DNA of 64,000 nucleotides. Origin: Cenococcum geophilum. Its lineage: Eukaryota. Within the stretch, counting starts at the first letter, position 1. The number at the start of each line of letters is the position of its first letter. A model generated the notes under the pieces. The model saw only the letters and a list, made by a program, of their open reading frames with translations, had not been told where the DNA came from and did no database searches. Shown one piece after another: positions 48,872-62,500 of this stretch. Both the position numbers and the translations under genes were made by a program. The DNA lies in NCBI GenBank assembly GCA_050273025.1, contig CP158636.1, positions 12,586,001 through 12,650,000 on the forward strand, read 5' to 3'.

Positions 48872-51800
48872 TATTAGGTGAAACTTAAGTAGATAGTTAT
48901 ATAGCCGTAAGGTATAGGCGACCCTAGGGCAACCTAGGGGTAACTCGCCCGTAAGGCACGTGCTCTGTATATACCTAGGGAAAACCCTTCCTACCTCGCA
49001 TATAGACTCCTCCTTTTCCCTTAAGGATTCGTCTCTGTCTATACAATATACCCATTATTCTATTATTAGACTCCCTATCTATATCCTTACCTTATATTCA
49101 AATCCTTACCAATCCCCTTAGGAGGATAGCCGGTTTAATTTTTCTATAATACCTCCGAAAAGAAAACCGACGCTTATACCCGACGGTAATATGCTAGCGA
49201 TGCGACTGTAGAACGCCTTAGGATCTAGTGTAGACGAAACCACTAGAAGCACACTAGTAGCATCTAAGCCATTCTCTAAATCCTAAAACGATTAAATATC
49301 TACGAACGCTAAAGACTAGTTTGACTTATATACCTAGGCTTAATAGGAGCTTAGTAAGGTTACCAGCGTCCTACCTAATACCGCTAATATAAAGGAGCTA
49401 GATAAGCTGGCCAAGAAAATAGCCAACTTACAGAGCATTATTAATTTAATAAAGCCCTCCCGTCGCCTCTCTAGTAAAGAGCATGAGTTACGTAGCGAAC
49501 GTATACGCCGATTAAATCTCAACGCCCTAGTTAAGAAGTCACTACCTAATATTAGCGGTACTACTTAACAGTATTTTAACCGGTGGATTGCCGCAGTTAA
49601 GAACCAATTCGAGGTTAATAACGCTAACTATAACTGTAAGCGACGCACGCGCTAGGCCATTAAAGGTCTTATAAAAGAGAAGACAATTACCTAACTAGTT
49701 TATCGCCAGTTAGGTACTAAGGATAAGGGTCCCTTACTATAGGATGAATTTAAGACTATAGTCTAAGACTAGATTAGGAACCCTATAGTAAGACGCTTTA
49801 ATAACGCTATAACGTACTATACGGCTGTTATAAAGGAGAACTAGAGGTTTAACGTCTTCCTAGCCCGTATGCGTAGCTTAGAGGACCTCTTCTTATATAC
49901 CCCTTTTATTAATCCTAAATAATAGGTAGACTTCTAGTTCTTACGTCTTCCAGCCCACCTATAAGTAGAGCTCTTCCGCTAGAACTTCGCCCAACGGGTA
50001 AGAACCGCTAAAGACCTCTTTAATGAAATCCGCTGTGTAGAGCAATTGCTCGATACCACAAAGCTTATAGAAGATCGCATAAGTAGTAGCGGCAAATTAT
50101 CGCGTATAAAGCGCGGTCGCAGTATAGGCTCTATAGACTTAGGCTTAGGGAACAAAACCTAAAAAGGGCAACGCTTTTCTAAGCAAACTCTTAGGGAGAC
50201 CACCTAAAAGCCGGATGGCTTAGGGGACCCCCTGGACGCCGGTGCTACATAGGCGAGTCGAAGGACCGTAGGCGGCTACTGTAAGGAATACTAGAAGCAA
50301 GCTAAAGAGAAGTTAGCTCGGGCTTCGGAAAACCCAAAGCCCTAGTAGCGCATCTCTCTTAACTGCAACTAGGGCCTAATATAGAGGGAGAGAAGAAACG
50401 CATTGTAGTATACGTTGCGATAGATACGCCCTAGGGCGAAGTCCGCCTACATGCCTTATACGACAATGGGTGCCAAATTAACCTTATTAATCAAGACGTC
50501 GTCCATAGGTTTAACCTGCCTATACGCTACGCGCTACGTTTACGTAAACCTATTGCACGTTTCCTTAATAGCAACCAGATGACAATCTGGGATGCTTATA
50601 ATCTAACAGTTACCACTAGCGACTCCTAGGGTACCCCTCGCACTATTAGCCCGCAGACCTTTTAGGGCGGCTTATTTAATAGTTACGATATGGTTCTTAG
50701 ATGGGATTAGCTCGCGGAAGCAGATCTATTAATTAGCTTCTATTTTAAACAGTTTATCTAGGGTACTTCGGACCCTAGACGCCTCTAAATAGTCACCCTT
50801 AACGCTCTTCTAGCAGATATTAAGGCTGGCAAAATAGTCTATTTGCTATGGCTAGAAGACTCCTTTTTTACGCCGGTCGTAAATATAATAGAGGACCTGT
50901 TATTACTGGCAGCGAGTACCCGTACAGACCCTCTAGATATAGAGACACCGGTTATAAATATAGTAGAGGACCTGCTGTCACTGGCAGCGAGTACCTATAG
51001 AGACCCTTTAGTGTTAGCGCAGATCACTTATACGCAAGGGGGAGGTAATTAAAACCCCGAAACTATTAAGTATACTGCAGCAGAGCTGTATGCACTCTCT
51101 ATACGAGCATACCTGCGAAACATATATCGGCTGCACCTTTCTCTTTACTGGCTCCCGGAAGCACACTACTACGCAATAGTCGCTTCAACCTCCGTGGCCC
51201 CCAGCCTACTAGATATATATAAGGAGGAAATTAATGTCTTCTCTAATAAGCTAGCAAGTATACTACCGCAAAACTCTAAGTACGACTATGTGATCGACTT
51301 AGAAGAAGGCAAGACGCTACCGCAAATGCCCCTCTATAACCTTTTATAGAAAGAGTTGCAGATCTTATAAGAGTACCTAGACAGTGCTCTTAAAAAGGGC
51401 TGAATTAGGCCTAGCAAGTCGCCTACTAGAGCGCCTATCCTCTTCGTGCTAAAAGCAGATGGTATGATACGGCTATGCGTTAACTACAGACGCCTAAATA
51501 AGATCACGATTAAAAATCGGTACCCCCTACCGCTAGTCGGCGAACTCTTTAATAGGCTTAGCCATGCGAAGATATTCACAAAGCTAGATCTTTGTGATGC
51601 GTACTATAGGATTTGTATTAAAAAGGGAGACGAATAGAAGACTATATTTAAGACACGCTACGGTTACTTTAAGTACCTAGTGATGCCCTTTAGTTTTATT
51701 AACGCCCCTACGACTTTCTAGAGCTATATTTATAAAGCTCTAGGAACCCTAGTAAATACTATCTGTATAGTCTACCTAGATAATATTCTTATCTACTTAA

Positions 51801-54800
51801 ATAATAAGGATAAGCACGTCGAGCACGTTAAGTAGGTACTGCGACAGCTCCGCGCTTGGGGCCTATACGCTAAACTGTTAAAATGTATCTTTTATACTAA
51901 GAACGTTAAGTTCCTAGGCTTTATTATTACCCCTAGGGGTATTATAATGGACCCTGACCGCGTAAAAGCTATTAAGGAATGGCCTAAGCCTAAGTCCTAT
52001 AGGGATATCTAGGTCTTCCTTGGCTTTGCCAACTTCTATAGGCGATTTATCTGGAACTACTTAGATACCGCATACCCCCTACACGTATATCTTGTATGGG
52101 CACATCGCGACCTGACGTTAGATGGGGAGAAGAAGAGGAAGCGTAAGTTAAAAGGGCCTACTAAATGGTATTAACCCTGGTCCTGGCCCGATAACGCATA
52201 GTAGGCGTTCCGTAAGCTACGCGCTGCGTTTACGCAAGCTCCTCTACTTCGCCACTTCGACCCTAATCTACCCCTAATGGTGATTACTAACGCTTCTAAC
52301 TATGCCTATAGCGGTATACTTCTGCAGCCTTTGGGGTAGGGAGATTAACTCCACTGGCACCTAATTGCTTATTGTAGTTAGAAGCTTACTAGCCTAGAAG
52401 TACGGTACAATACGTATAATAAAGAACTACTTGCTATAGTATAATGCTTTAAGACGTGGCGCTATTACCTTAAATACGCCGCGTATATAACGCGCGTACT
52501 TTACAATTATAACAATCTCTAGTACTTTATAACTACTAAGAGCTTATCTACTCGCCAGGCCCGGTACGCTAAGGAACTAGCTAAGTTTGATTTTAAGATT
52601 AAATATAAGCCAGGTAAGATAAATTCTGCTAACGCACTATCCTAGCGCCCGGATTATGCTAAAGGCTTTAAAGATAGCAGCAAGAGGACACTCCTTAATG
52701 CTATACTGCCTATATTATAGCAAAAGTTGCGGGTTATAGGCCTTATAGGCGGCCCTAGTGCTACTATACTACACTAGCGAGTAGCATGCATGTAGTATGC
52801 GAGTGACCCTTACGAACTTAGCGCCGGCGGACTAGAGCGTCCTACTATTCTCTTTAAGACTACTTCGACTGGCCTAATGGCGCTTGACCCTAGGAAAGAC
52901 CCCTTAGCCTAGGCTACGGTCCCCTACAACAACCTAGCGAGTTACCTACGCATTATATGTTACTTCGCTAGCACCGACTTTACGCAGAGTCTCATGCCAC
53001 GGCAAGAAGTAGTAGTAGCTGCTTTAGCTAAAACGGCGTTTATAGAACAACCCCCTAAGTCACTAGTTAATTTTATTTATAGAGTATAAAAAAGGGACGC
53101 CTTTATACGCTCTATATATGATTAGTTAACCTAAGAACGAGTTCCCGCTAGTAATAAGGACTATACCCTTAATAATTAAGGACTCCTAAGGTAAAATAAT
53201 AAGGTCTAGGTGCCGAATTGTACACTACTATGACAGGAGATCCTCAAGCGAAATTATAACGATCCTATGGGCGGCCACTATGGTTTCAACCGTACCTTTA
53301 AGGTAATCGCGCGGAAGTATGCTTAGAATGGCCTTACCTAGGACCTCCGCAAATACCTAGATAATTACAATACCTACTAACGCTCTAAATCGCGCCGCTA
53401 TAAACCCTATAGTGAGCTGCAGCCTCTCTAGGCCCCCACCCAAGCCTAGCGGCATTATTTACTTAACTTTATTATGGATCTCCTAGAGTCTAAGACTCCT
53501 AATGGCGTAGAGTATAACTCCATCCTTGTCCTTATAGACCGTTTTATAAAGCTAGTGCGCTACTATCCAGTGCGTAAGATAATTAATGCTACACAACTCG
53601 CAGAACTCTTATTTAGAGTCTTTGCACAAATAGGGCCTCCAGATAATATCGTCTCTAATAGGGGTAGTGTATTTATAAGCGAGTACTAGAGCACCATGTG
53701 CTACTATCTCCGCGTTTAACGTAAACTTAGTATTATATTCCACCTATAGATAGATAGGTAGACGGAGCGCCAGAACTAGGAGCTTAAGGTATACCTACGT
53801 ATATTTACAAACTAGGAACAGTCTAATTAGGCCTCCCTACTTAAAGAAGCAGCCTTTGCCTATAACTCTAAGGTCCATACTATAACAAAGCGTTCCCCTA
53901 TTGAGCTCGCCTATGGCTAGCTATTAAACGTCCTAGACGGAGTCCCGGACAGCATCTAAGACGCCTGGCAAGGTGGGGAAGGGTCCGAGTTAACAAATAT
54001 CTAACTCGCAGAGACGCACCTACAACGCCTGCGCCTTACATGTGAGGTAGCGGCGGCGTCGATAATGCACGCCTAAAAGCTTTAGGTAAAATACTATAAT
54101 CGTCACCATCTGGCCAAGTATTTCGCCGTTAGTAAACGAGTCCTGCTCTCCTCTAAGAACATCCGCACGAAACGTCCTTATAAAAAGCTTAACTATAAGT
54201 TTATAGGACCGTTTTAGATCTTAGAGCGCGTAGGGTAGCAAGTATATAAGCTAGAGCTTCTACCTACTATGGCACGGCTCCACCTAGTCTTCTATGTCTC
54301 CCTACTAGAGCCTTATAGGTCACGCCCTGGGTTTTAACCCCCAGCAGTGGAAGAGCTTAAGAAAGGCAGCTGGGAAGTAAAAGCAATTATCGCCTACTAG
54401 GATCGTGCTGGATAACCACAGTACCTTATTAAATGGCTAGGATGGCCAAATAAGTATAATAAATGGAAATACGAGACAGAACTTAAGAATTGTTAATAAC
54501 TGCTAGATAAGTACCGCAAGCGGGACACCCTAGCCTTATAGCTAAAGCGTAGGCGAAAAGTAAGCGCCGCTATTAAAATATAACCTGCATTAAAGCGGAG
54601 TAGAGGACGTCCTAAAGGATTAAAGAACAAGCAACGACTGCTATAAGAACTGCGGCGTACGTATAGGGTGAAGTTTTGATTTATTAATATCCTACGCCCG
54701 TTTATAACCGGGGTTTATTTAACCGGGGTCCACGACCTACTGGTAACCCGCTGGTGGTAACCTGTACTGACAACTTATACTATTCCACGTATATGCTACG

Positions 54801-55642
54801 CAGATAACGCACAAGGCCAAAGCATAGGTCAGCGGCGGATTTAACGGGCATATAGCCTTGCCGTCCTAAACCTGGCTGCATGCAAGTAACCTATAAACCT
54901 ACCCGCGAAGTATACACGGCGCTACGCCGGTATAGTATAAGGCTAAAGTAGGGTCAGCGGCGAGTTTAATAGGTATATAGCCTTACCGTCTATAAATCTG
55001 GCTGCATGCGAATAACCTATAACCGACCCGCGAGGTACCAGCGACCTGCCTACGCAAGCGAGCTTTTGGAATATTTCTGGTCTACCGAATTCAGGCGACG
55101 GTATTAAGCTCCACTAGCTCTACCTGTTAAATGGACCAATTAGGATTTTCTATACCGGGTATACAAAATTGCTACTAGCTCGGTTAAATGCGGGGGAGTC
55201 TTAGCAAGGCAAATCTGACTAATTAGACAACTTCGACCGCCGGTCGAAGTTCCTTAACATCTTCGCGCCGCGCATATATACTACCCGTCTCTCTATACGC
55301 AAAATTAAGACGCTCTTTCCCCTCCAAATTTTTTCCTTACTAAGGTTTTTTATGGGGTTTTATTAAGGCTTAAGTATACGAAGAATTAGGGACGACCCTT
55401 TTTAAAGGGGGGGGCATTATTAGGTAAAACCTAAGTAGATAGTTATATAGCCGTAAGGTATAGGCGACCCTGGGGCAACCTAGGGGTGACTTACCCGTAA
55501 GGCACGTGCTCTGCACGTGCCTAGAGAAAACCCTTCCTACCTCACACACAGACTCCTCCTTTTCCCTTAAGGATTCGTCTCTGTCTATATAATATACCCA
55601 TTATTCTATTATTAGACTCCCTATCCACATCCTTACCTCATA
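48872..55642 (+). mobile_element. Full-length chromoviral Ty3/gypsy (gypsy E); LTRs 48872-49096 and 55418-55642
   Basis: 225-bp LTRs; TSD TTAAC; polypurine tract AAAGGGGGGGG at ~55404-55414. Confidence 0.95.
49148..54645 (+). pseudogene. Gypsy E gag-pol (PR, RT, RNase H, IN, chromodomain, AT-hook), RIP-inactivated
   Basis: ORF track fragments 51446..51637 ([19 protein letters not shown]) and 53474..53689 (IN core); chromodomain WEVKAII...YLIKWLGW (~54370-54450); KRSRGRPKG (~54593-54620). Confidence 0.92.
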
Positions 55643-56394
55643 TTAACTCTCCTTATAACTTATGCTTAGCTTACCTACTCCCTACTATATACCCTAGTAA
55701 TATGCCTTATATTTAAACCGATCTTATATCTTTATAGGTAGTAGCCTATAGTAAGCTAAGGGCTTCGCCCTTAAGCAATTTCATAATCCTCTATTTTTAC
55801 CTAGGATAATCGCGTTTGCTACAATATAGTAGGTATACTAATAGACGCCTAGCAGATCGCATCTGCATAACAGTATTAGAATATAAATTAGGTCCTTTAC
55901 CTTACCTAGAATAATCGCGTATACTATAAAGTAGCTATATTAGCAGATGCCTAGTAGATTATATCTGCTTACGGTAATAAATAAGGATTAGAAGATAAGG
56001 GAGACGGTAGCTAGCTAAGGGTTAGGGCTATTTAGATCGTACGCGATTATCTCTTAAGGTAATTGGTATACCCGCATATAATCAACGGTATAGCAGTGCA
56101 GCTCTGCCCCGACAGCGACCTAAAGGCGATTTAATTGCTATCTAAAAGCTTTTTAGTAAGAGTTAAGGGGAATCCTACGCTATTAAGCTTGTAAACACTC
56201 TATAGCTAACTACGGTTTACTCGTAATAGAGGTCCCACTAATAAATATTAGAAGGTTAAACGTCCTTAAAGAGATATAGCTACCCTAGAGGCTATCCAAT
56301 TGCTATTTAATAGCTATCTAAAGAACTAACTGCTAGTTTTTAAAGCTATAGCTACTACCCTCTCTTTTAGATTAAATACAATCTCTAAGTTGCA

Positions 56395-56790
56395 GCTTAT
56401 CTTAGGGCTATAGCCTAACCCGGAAACTTTCTGGCTATTAGCTATAGAGCTGCCGAGACTAAATCGCAGGCGATTATCTCTTAGAGCTACGGCTCGTCTT
56501 AGAGCTACGGCTTATCTTAGAGCTACAGCTTGTCTAAGGGCTATAGCCCGACCCAGAGACTCTTTAGCTGTTAGCCTAAGGGCTGCCAAGACTAAACCGT
56601 AGGCGGTTATCTCTTATTAAGCTGCGGCTTACCTTAAGAGCTTCGGCTTAGAGATCCTATATAATCTTATAAGCTACTGCTTACTTTAAGAGCTACGGCT
56701 TAAAGATTGTACGCGATTATCTTTCTATAAGGCTTTAGTCGCTCTAGTCGCTCTAGCTTATATTAAGAGCTATAGCTTACTTAAGAGAAT
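56395..56790. repeat. Degenerate 18-bp (AGAGCTACGGCTYRTCTT) and ~135-bp repeats inside the non-autonomous LTR element
   Basis: Tandem copies at 56483-56540; recurrent CGATTATCTCTT motif. Confidence 0.7.
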
Positions 56791-58727
56791 AGCAGCAGCT
56801 CTTAGATCCTACGTAATCTCTTCTTATTACCAATATTACTTCGTAATAACAGTATAATTTAAAAGGAAGGAAACACGCGTATGGCTATTTGGCCATCACT
56901 TCCTTATAAAAACTAATTATGCGGCCAGAGTAAGGTAGTTAAGACGTTAAGATAAAGACGTATAAACGAGCTATAGCTTATTAATTATATACGATCAACT
57001 CTCTACTAGCAAACGCTCTTTTCCTACCTAAATTAGAACTTTGTTCCTACTGAGTTTTGGTTATAGATTAAGGTTTTTATTAAAACTGCTTGGCTCCCTA
57101 TTCCCTATTTCCCTATATAAGTAAGGCTTTAGTATTACTTACCTTTCTTTATATATAGAAATTAATCTATTAGGTATACGAGCTGCGAGCTAGCCCTAAT
57201 TAAGAGGGGGGCAATATAAGGGTACTTTTAGTCCCTTACTTAGCTATATTACCTAGGAGCTCTAAAAAGTAGCTAAGGCCTAGCCTTCGGCTAGGCTTAG
57301 CACCTCCTTATAAGCACCTTAGGCTTATAGCCCTTTCCTCCTTATTAGTTCGTCTCCGTACGAGGCTATTACCTACTCTTATTACTATATCGTCTTCTTC
57401 TATTAACTCTCCTTATGACTTATACTCGGCTTGCCTGCTCCCTACTATATACCCTAGTAATATGCCTTATACTTTAATATTAGACGCAGTATATTATTAT
57501 ACTATTTATTAATAATATTTACGTAAGCATTAAGGACTTTTAGTAGGGTTATGCCTATTAGGGAAGTTTTTAGTTTAGGGCTTAAGGATTTAACGAGGCT
57601 ATTAATTAGTGTGGAGTTATTCCAGCCTATTTCCCTTGCGTAGTAGTTAAATTTAGAAAAGTATACTAGGAAACTTTTCTTTTCCTAAGCTATATAATTT
57701 ATCGTCCTTTAAGCAGTGGCTTAGCGGTTTAGATTACTATATATAGCTTTAAGAAATCTAACTAGGCTTTATACTAAGTTTGGCTAAAAAGGTTTAATAA
57801 GGTTAGCTAAGCTCGGACCCCTATAACTCGGTTACCCCCTAAACTTAGTTACGTTTTATATAGAAACCGTAATCGAGTTTAGGGGGTCCGAGCTTACCTC
57901 TCCTCCTAGTTAACTTAGGGCGTAGTAAAGTTGGTTAGCTTTGGTTAGGTAGCGGTTAATATTGCTAGTTAGCTTATTTTTAAGCCGGCTTAAAAATAAC
58001 TTAAGCTTTTATTATTTACTAGTGAATACTAAGGGGTCTAGTAGTTTTTTTTAGATTGTTATGGTGTAGTAGTTAGTTTAGAGTAAACAACTACTACTAG
58101 TTTAGGGCTCGCGTTCTATGTATAGGCCTTTAGGGATAGTGTTTAGTCTTAAGGTCCTAGCGTAGGTATCTTAAAGATATAGATTTATTCTTAGAGGGCT
58201 TTAATTAATTATTAATATTAGGCCTTTTGTTCTATAAGGGTGTTTATAAAGGACGTCTATAAACCTACTATCTACTCTTTAAGCACGGTAAGTATATTGG
58301 CTGCTATTATTGGAGCTTTAGGTGCGTTCTGCATTTTAATAGTAGTATAGGTAGTTAATGTAATAGAGTGTTACGGAGTGAGTATAAACGACAATAATAT
58401 GTAATAAGGTAGATATTATTAAGCTATATATATAAACTATATAATAAGGTTAAGACATTATATAAGGAAAAAAGGTAAGAAAACGGAAAGAAAGAGTATA
58501 TATTATTAGTTTAGTTGCTTAGTTAATATATATGTGGGGTAGAATAGGATTTAGGTAGTAGTCTTAACAAACCTTAGTAAGATTTAGTAAAACTTAGCGG
58601 AATATAGCAGAATATAGTAGATTACCATTAGATTGCCGCAAATTGCCATCTTATAGTTAGTCTTTAGTTACAAAGTTAATAGAAATAGGTAGATGTGTAT
58701 AAGGTGTTATAGGGGTGTCCTATAATA

Positions 58728-59586
58728 GATGTCTTATATCTAGTTAGATAAAGTTATTAATTTAGTAAGCCGGTATTAGGGTTCGTTTTTTATTTACTAT
58801 GGCTTTATAAATAGATTGGGCCTATATTATTTTATTAGTAAAGAACTGTTATAGTTCCTCTATTCTCTTTATAAATTTATTTACTTTTATAACTTATAGG
58901 GTGTAATAAGCGGGGTAGGGAATATTACTAAAGGGTTAAAACCTATTTATAGATACTAGCCGTAATTGGCTAGAAATAGGGAAACCGTTATAGTTTCTAA
59001 GATGGAATTATTTATACTAAACTTAGTAAATATAAGCCAGTTAATCTAGTAATTTTATAAATATAACATATATATCTAGATATACTATTTTATTATAGCG
59101 TTTACATATTCTATTTAACTGTCCGGTTTTAGGTAATATATAATAAATAGTAATACTTTAATATAGAGTTAGGTAGTTAGTCCTTTTTAGAATATAGAAA
59201 TAAACTATCTAGCTTTATTAGAGATAATTGTTTTAGGAAGTCTATAGAGTTTCTATATATAATCTAGGAATAGATAGGTAATAGTAGGCGTTAATATATT
59301 AGGGTAGGCAATTAAGTGCCTTATCTTAGATAGTTGGTCTATAACTACTATAATATTTATACAGCCTTTACTTACGGGGAGGTTAATAACAAAGTCGATT
59401 AAAATATCCTTTTATTTTTAGTTTAGAATAGGTGGTAGCTTTAACAAACTATTATATATCTTATATAAAGCTTTAGCTTATTAGTAAATATAACAGCTAG
59501 AGATATACCTTTATATTATATTATATATATTTAGCTAGTAATACTCCTATTAAAGTAGTTCTAAGATATTTCCTTAGCTTAGATAG
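58728..59586 (-). pseudogene. Integrase fragment of an older copy of the gypsy D/F family
   Basis: Reverse complement matches the integrase start of gypsy F (~63870-64000) and continues KDILIDFVINLP...IIVVIDQLSKIRHLIA. Confidence 0.8.
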
Positions 59587-62500
59587 TGTTATAGGACACC
59601 CCTATAACACCTTATATACGCCTACCTATTTCCACTAACTATAAGACCGTAATTTGCCGCGACCTATAGCAATCTAACGGCAATCTACCATATTCTGCTA
59701 TATTCCGCCAAGTTTTACTAAATCCTACTAAGTTCTACTAGGACTATAACCTAAATTCTATTCTGCTCTATATATATATTAACTAAGTAACTAGGTTAAT
59801 AATATATACCCTTTCTTCCCGTTTTTCTACCTTTTTTCCTTATATAACGTCTTAATTTTATTATATAGTTTATATATATAGCTTAATAATATCTACTCTG
59901 CTATATATTATCGTTGCTTATACTTACTTTATAATACTACATTACGTTAAACCTATACCCTATACCGCTTAACTAATATATAAAATAACTTGGAAGCTCC
60001 TATATCTATAAAAGACCTATATAATATATTTACTAAATAAATGAAAACTCTATAATAGGCTTTTATAGACACCCTTACCTATTAAGAAGCCCGATATTAT
60101 AAGTTAATTAAATCTCTAAAAAAAAAAAGAAATTAAAGAAATCCGCTAAAACCCACTATCTACTATACTATTACCCCTACCTACCCCTACCGGTATTAAC
60201 CTATAAATACTAAGTAGAGAGAGCATGTTTAAAACTGGCTCCTTAACCCTAAATTTGCCAACTAGCCCCTCTATAAAAAAGCTAACTAAACGTCTCCCTA
60301 ATCCTCCCGCCTATTTAGGTAAAAGGAATAAACTATACTCCTTTTTTTTGGAACTGACTTAAGAATAAGCTAAACGGTAATATTAATTGCTACCCTACCC
60401 CTAATAGCTAACTACGTTACGCTATAAATTATTTAATAGGAGACGTCGTAGAAACTATATACCCGTTTTAGCTAAGCACTATAAAAGAACTAGTTACTAT
60501 ATTAGAAGCATCTTATAGCGACCCTAACTAAAATTACTATAGTATAAAGAAAACTAAATAAGATAATATAAGGCTCTAAAAGCATTTTATTATACTTTAC
60601 TAAATTCTACTATTATACTAAAGAGACTAGATAAAACGAATCCGCCTTAATTAATTGCCTAGTAGAGTCCCTAAACTCTAAACTAAAGGCTTCTCTTATA
60701 GGAGTTAAGCTACTAGATACCCTTACCGCTTATACTAATATTATTAATGGCTTATATAATGATATACTACGCCTTACCCTAAAATATATACCCTAATATA
60801 CTGCCCCTTAGCTACCTAAGACCCAGAAGGACCTAGACGCCATAGATATTAATACTAGAACCCTTTCTTACGCCCTAAAGGGATTTACTAAATATAAACG
60901 ACGTATTAAATATAGCCTTTGTTTTAAGTGCGGAAGTAATACTTATATTTTAAGTTACTGCTCTATTCTGCTACCCTAAATGTATATATAAATAACTGGT
61001 ATAGGTAGTGTCCTATTGTCCTAAATATATAAACGGACGACTAGTATAAGTAACTAATTACCTTAACTAAGCCCTATCTACTAACCCTAATTATTATCCG
61101 GTTCTAACTCGTCTTTTAATAAATAATACTTATAAGGACGAAGCTATAACTAATACGCTATAAGAACTCCGCTCTAATTACCTCTAAAAGGAAGGTATTA
61201 GAGCTAAGTCGCTTTCCGGGACGGCTCTGCCTTAGGATCTTGTTAAATGCTTTAGATATTACAAACTATAACTCTTAGGATTATAGTATAACTATTAACT
61301 ATTGTCTTTGGCAGAATAATTAATAGGCTAATACTTAAGTTTTAATTAATACAGGAGCTGGTAGTATAGAATTTATTAATAAGATCTTCGCGTAAGATAA
61401 TAGTTTTACCCTAACCCCCCTTAACTGGCATATTAATTTATTTAGATTTAATAGTAAACGCACGGTCTTAGGCTAAATTACCTATATAGTATACCTAAGA
61501 CTCTAATACCTAAACTATAAAGAACTAATTAGTCTTTTTATTACTACCCTAGGTTACTTAGTAATCTTTAAATAACCCTAGATAAAGCTATATAAGGTAA
61601 CTATTAATTGGAATAACCTTAAGCTTCTATTTACCGCCTCCTATTATAAGTAGAAGTGCCTTATAGCTTACTACTTAGACCTAAAACTAAAATCTAAAAA
61701 ATTAACTAAGATCTACTAGTCTAAAATTTCTACTAATGTCTACCCTACGCCTAAGGAATTTACTAAATTCTACCGATATCTACTAAGGATCTAAAAATTC
61801 TATTAAATTCTATAAGTTATTACTAAGCACTACACCGCCCTAAACTAAGTAGAAGCTTAAGCTTAGTATATAAAACTACTAAAAGAACTAGTATCTTATA
61901 ATAAAAAGAATACTTAAAGAACCTAAACCTAAATCTAATACTAACTCCGTATTTAATACTAAACCTAAACCTAAATAAGAAACTATAGACGATCTAAGCG
62001 AGCTTAATACCCTAGATATCTGCATAATTAGACCTACTCCGCTAGTATAACTTGCTAAAAAACCTAAATATATAATCTTCGCCGTTACAATAGCCGATAT
62101 TAAGAAGGCCTTAGTATTAAAGAAGCACACTAACCCTGCTATAAAGGTACTAGTAGAATACTATAATTGTCTAGAAGCATTTTTATATAAGGAAGCTAAT
62201 AAGCTACTAGAATACTAACCGTACAATTATAAGATTGTACTTAAAAAAGGAAAGCAGCCTAAATTTAGACCCCTATATAGGATATCCTAAAATAAACTTT
62301 AAGTATTATAAAAGTACCTAGACAAGAACCTAAGTAAAGGATTTATTAAAGTAAGCTCTTTACCTATAGCCGTATTAGTAATCTTTATTAAGAAACCAGG
62401 CGGCGGATTATACTTCTACGTAAACTACTAAGCTCTTAACGCCGTTACCGTTAAGAACTAATATCTAATCCCGTTAATATAAGAGACGCTAAACTAATTA

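Larger units (their letters stand above)
48678..57471 (+). mobile_element. Non-autonomous ~2.0-kb LTR element (TRIM/LARD-like); 5' LTR split as 48678-48871 plus 55648-55711; 3' LTR 57215-57471
   Basis: 257-bp LTRs; polypurine tract AAGAGGGGGG just before the 3' LTR; internal 55712-57214 has no recognisable pol; 14-bp flanking direct repeat CTTTAATATTAGAC. Confidence 0.85.
1561..58727 (-). mobile_element. Host Ty3/gypsy LTR retrotransposon (gypsy D), fragmented into 1561-1631, 19112-19514, 27949-28018, 43386-44144, 48069-48677 and 57472-58727; 5' LTR 58369-58727
   Basis: Each piece is reverse-complement colinear with the plus-strand copy at 59587-64000 (for example 1561-1631 with ~62567-62635, and 27949-28018 with ~62105-62172). 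Pieces join across the TSDs ATCTCCATTT, TTAAG/TTAGG, GCCTT, GGTAA and CTTTAATATTAGAC. Confidence 0.85.

Noticed and set aside
55197..55263. Hammerhead ribozyme or tRNA in the shared palindromic module
   Set aside because: No CUGANGA/GAAA core in the right arrangement and no cloverleaf could be drawn by eye.
13396..62130. Short ORFs 13396..13611, 37527..37712, 37565..37759, 41606..41899, 46779..46967, 49340..49522 and 61888..62130 as host genes
   Set aside because: They are antisense or off-frame shadows of transposon ORFs, a gag remnant (46779..46967) or repeat-derived; no host-gene features were found.
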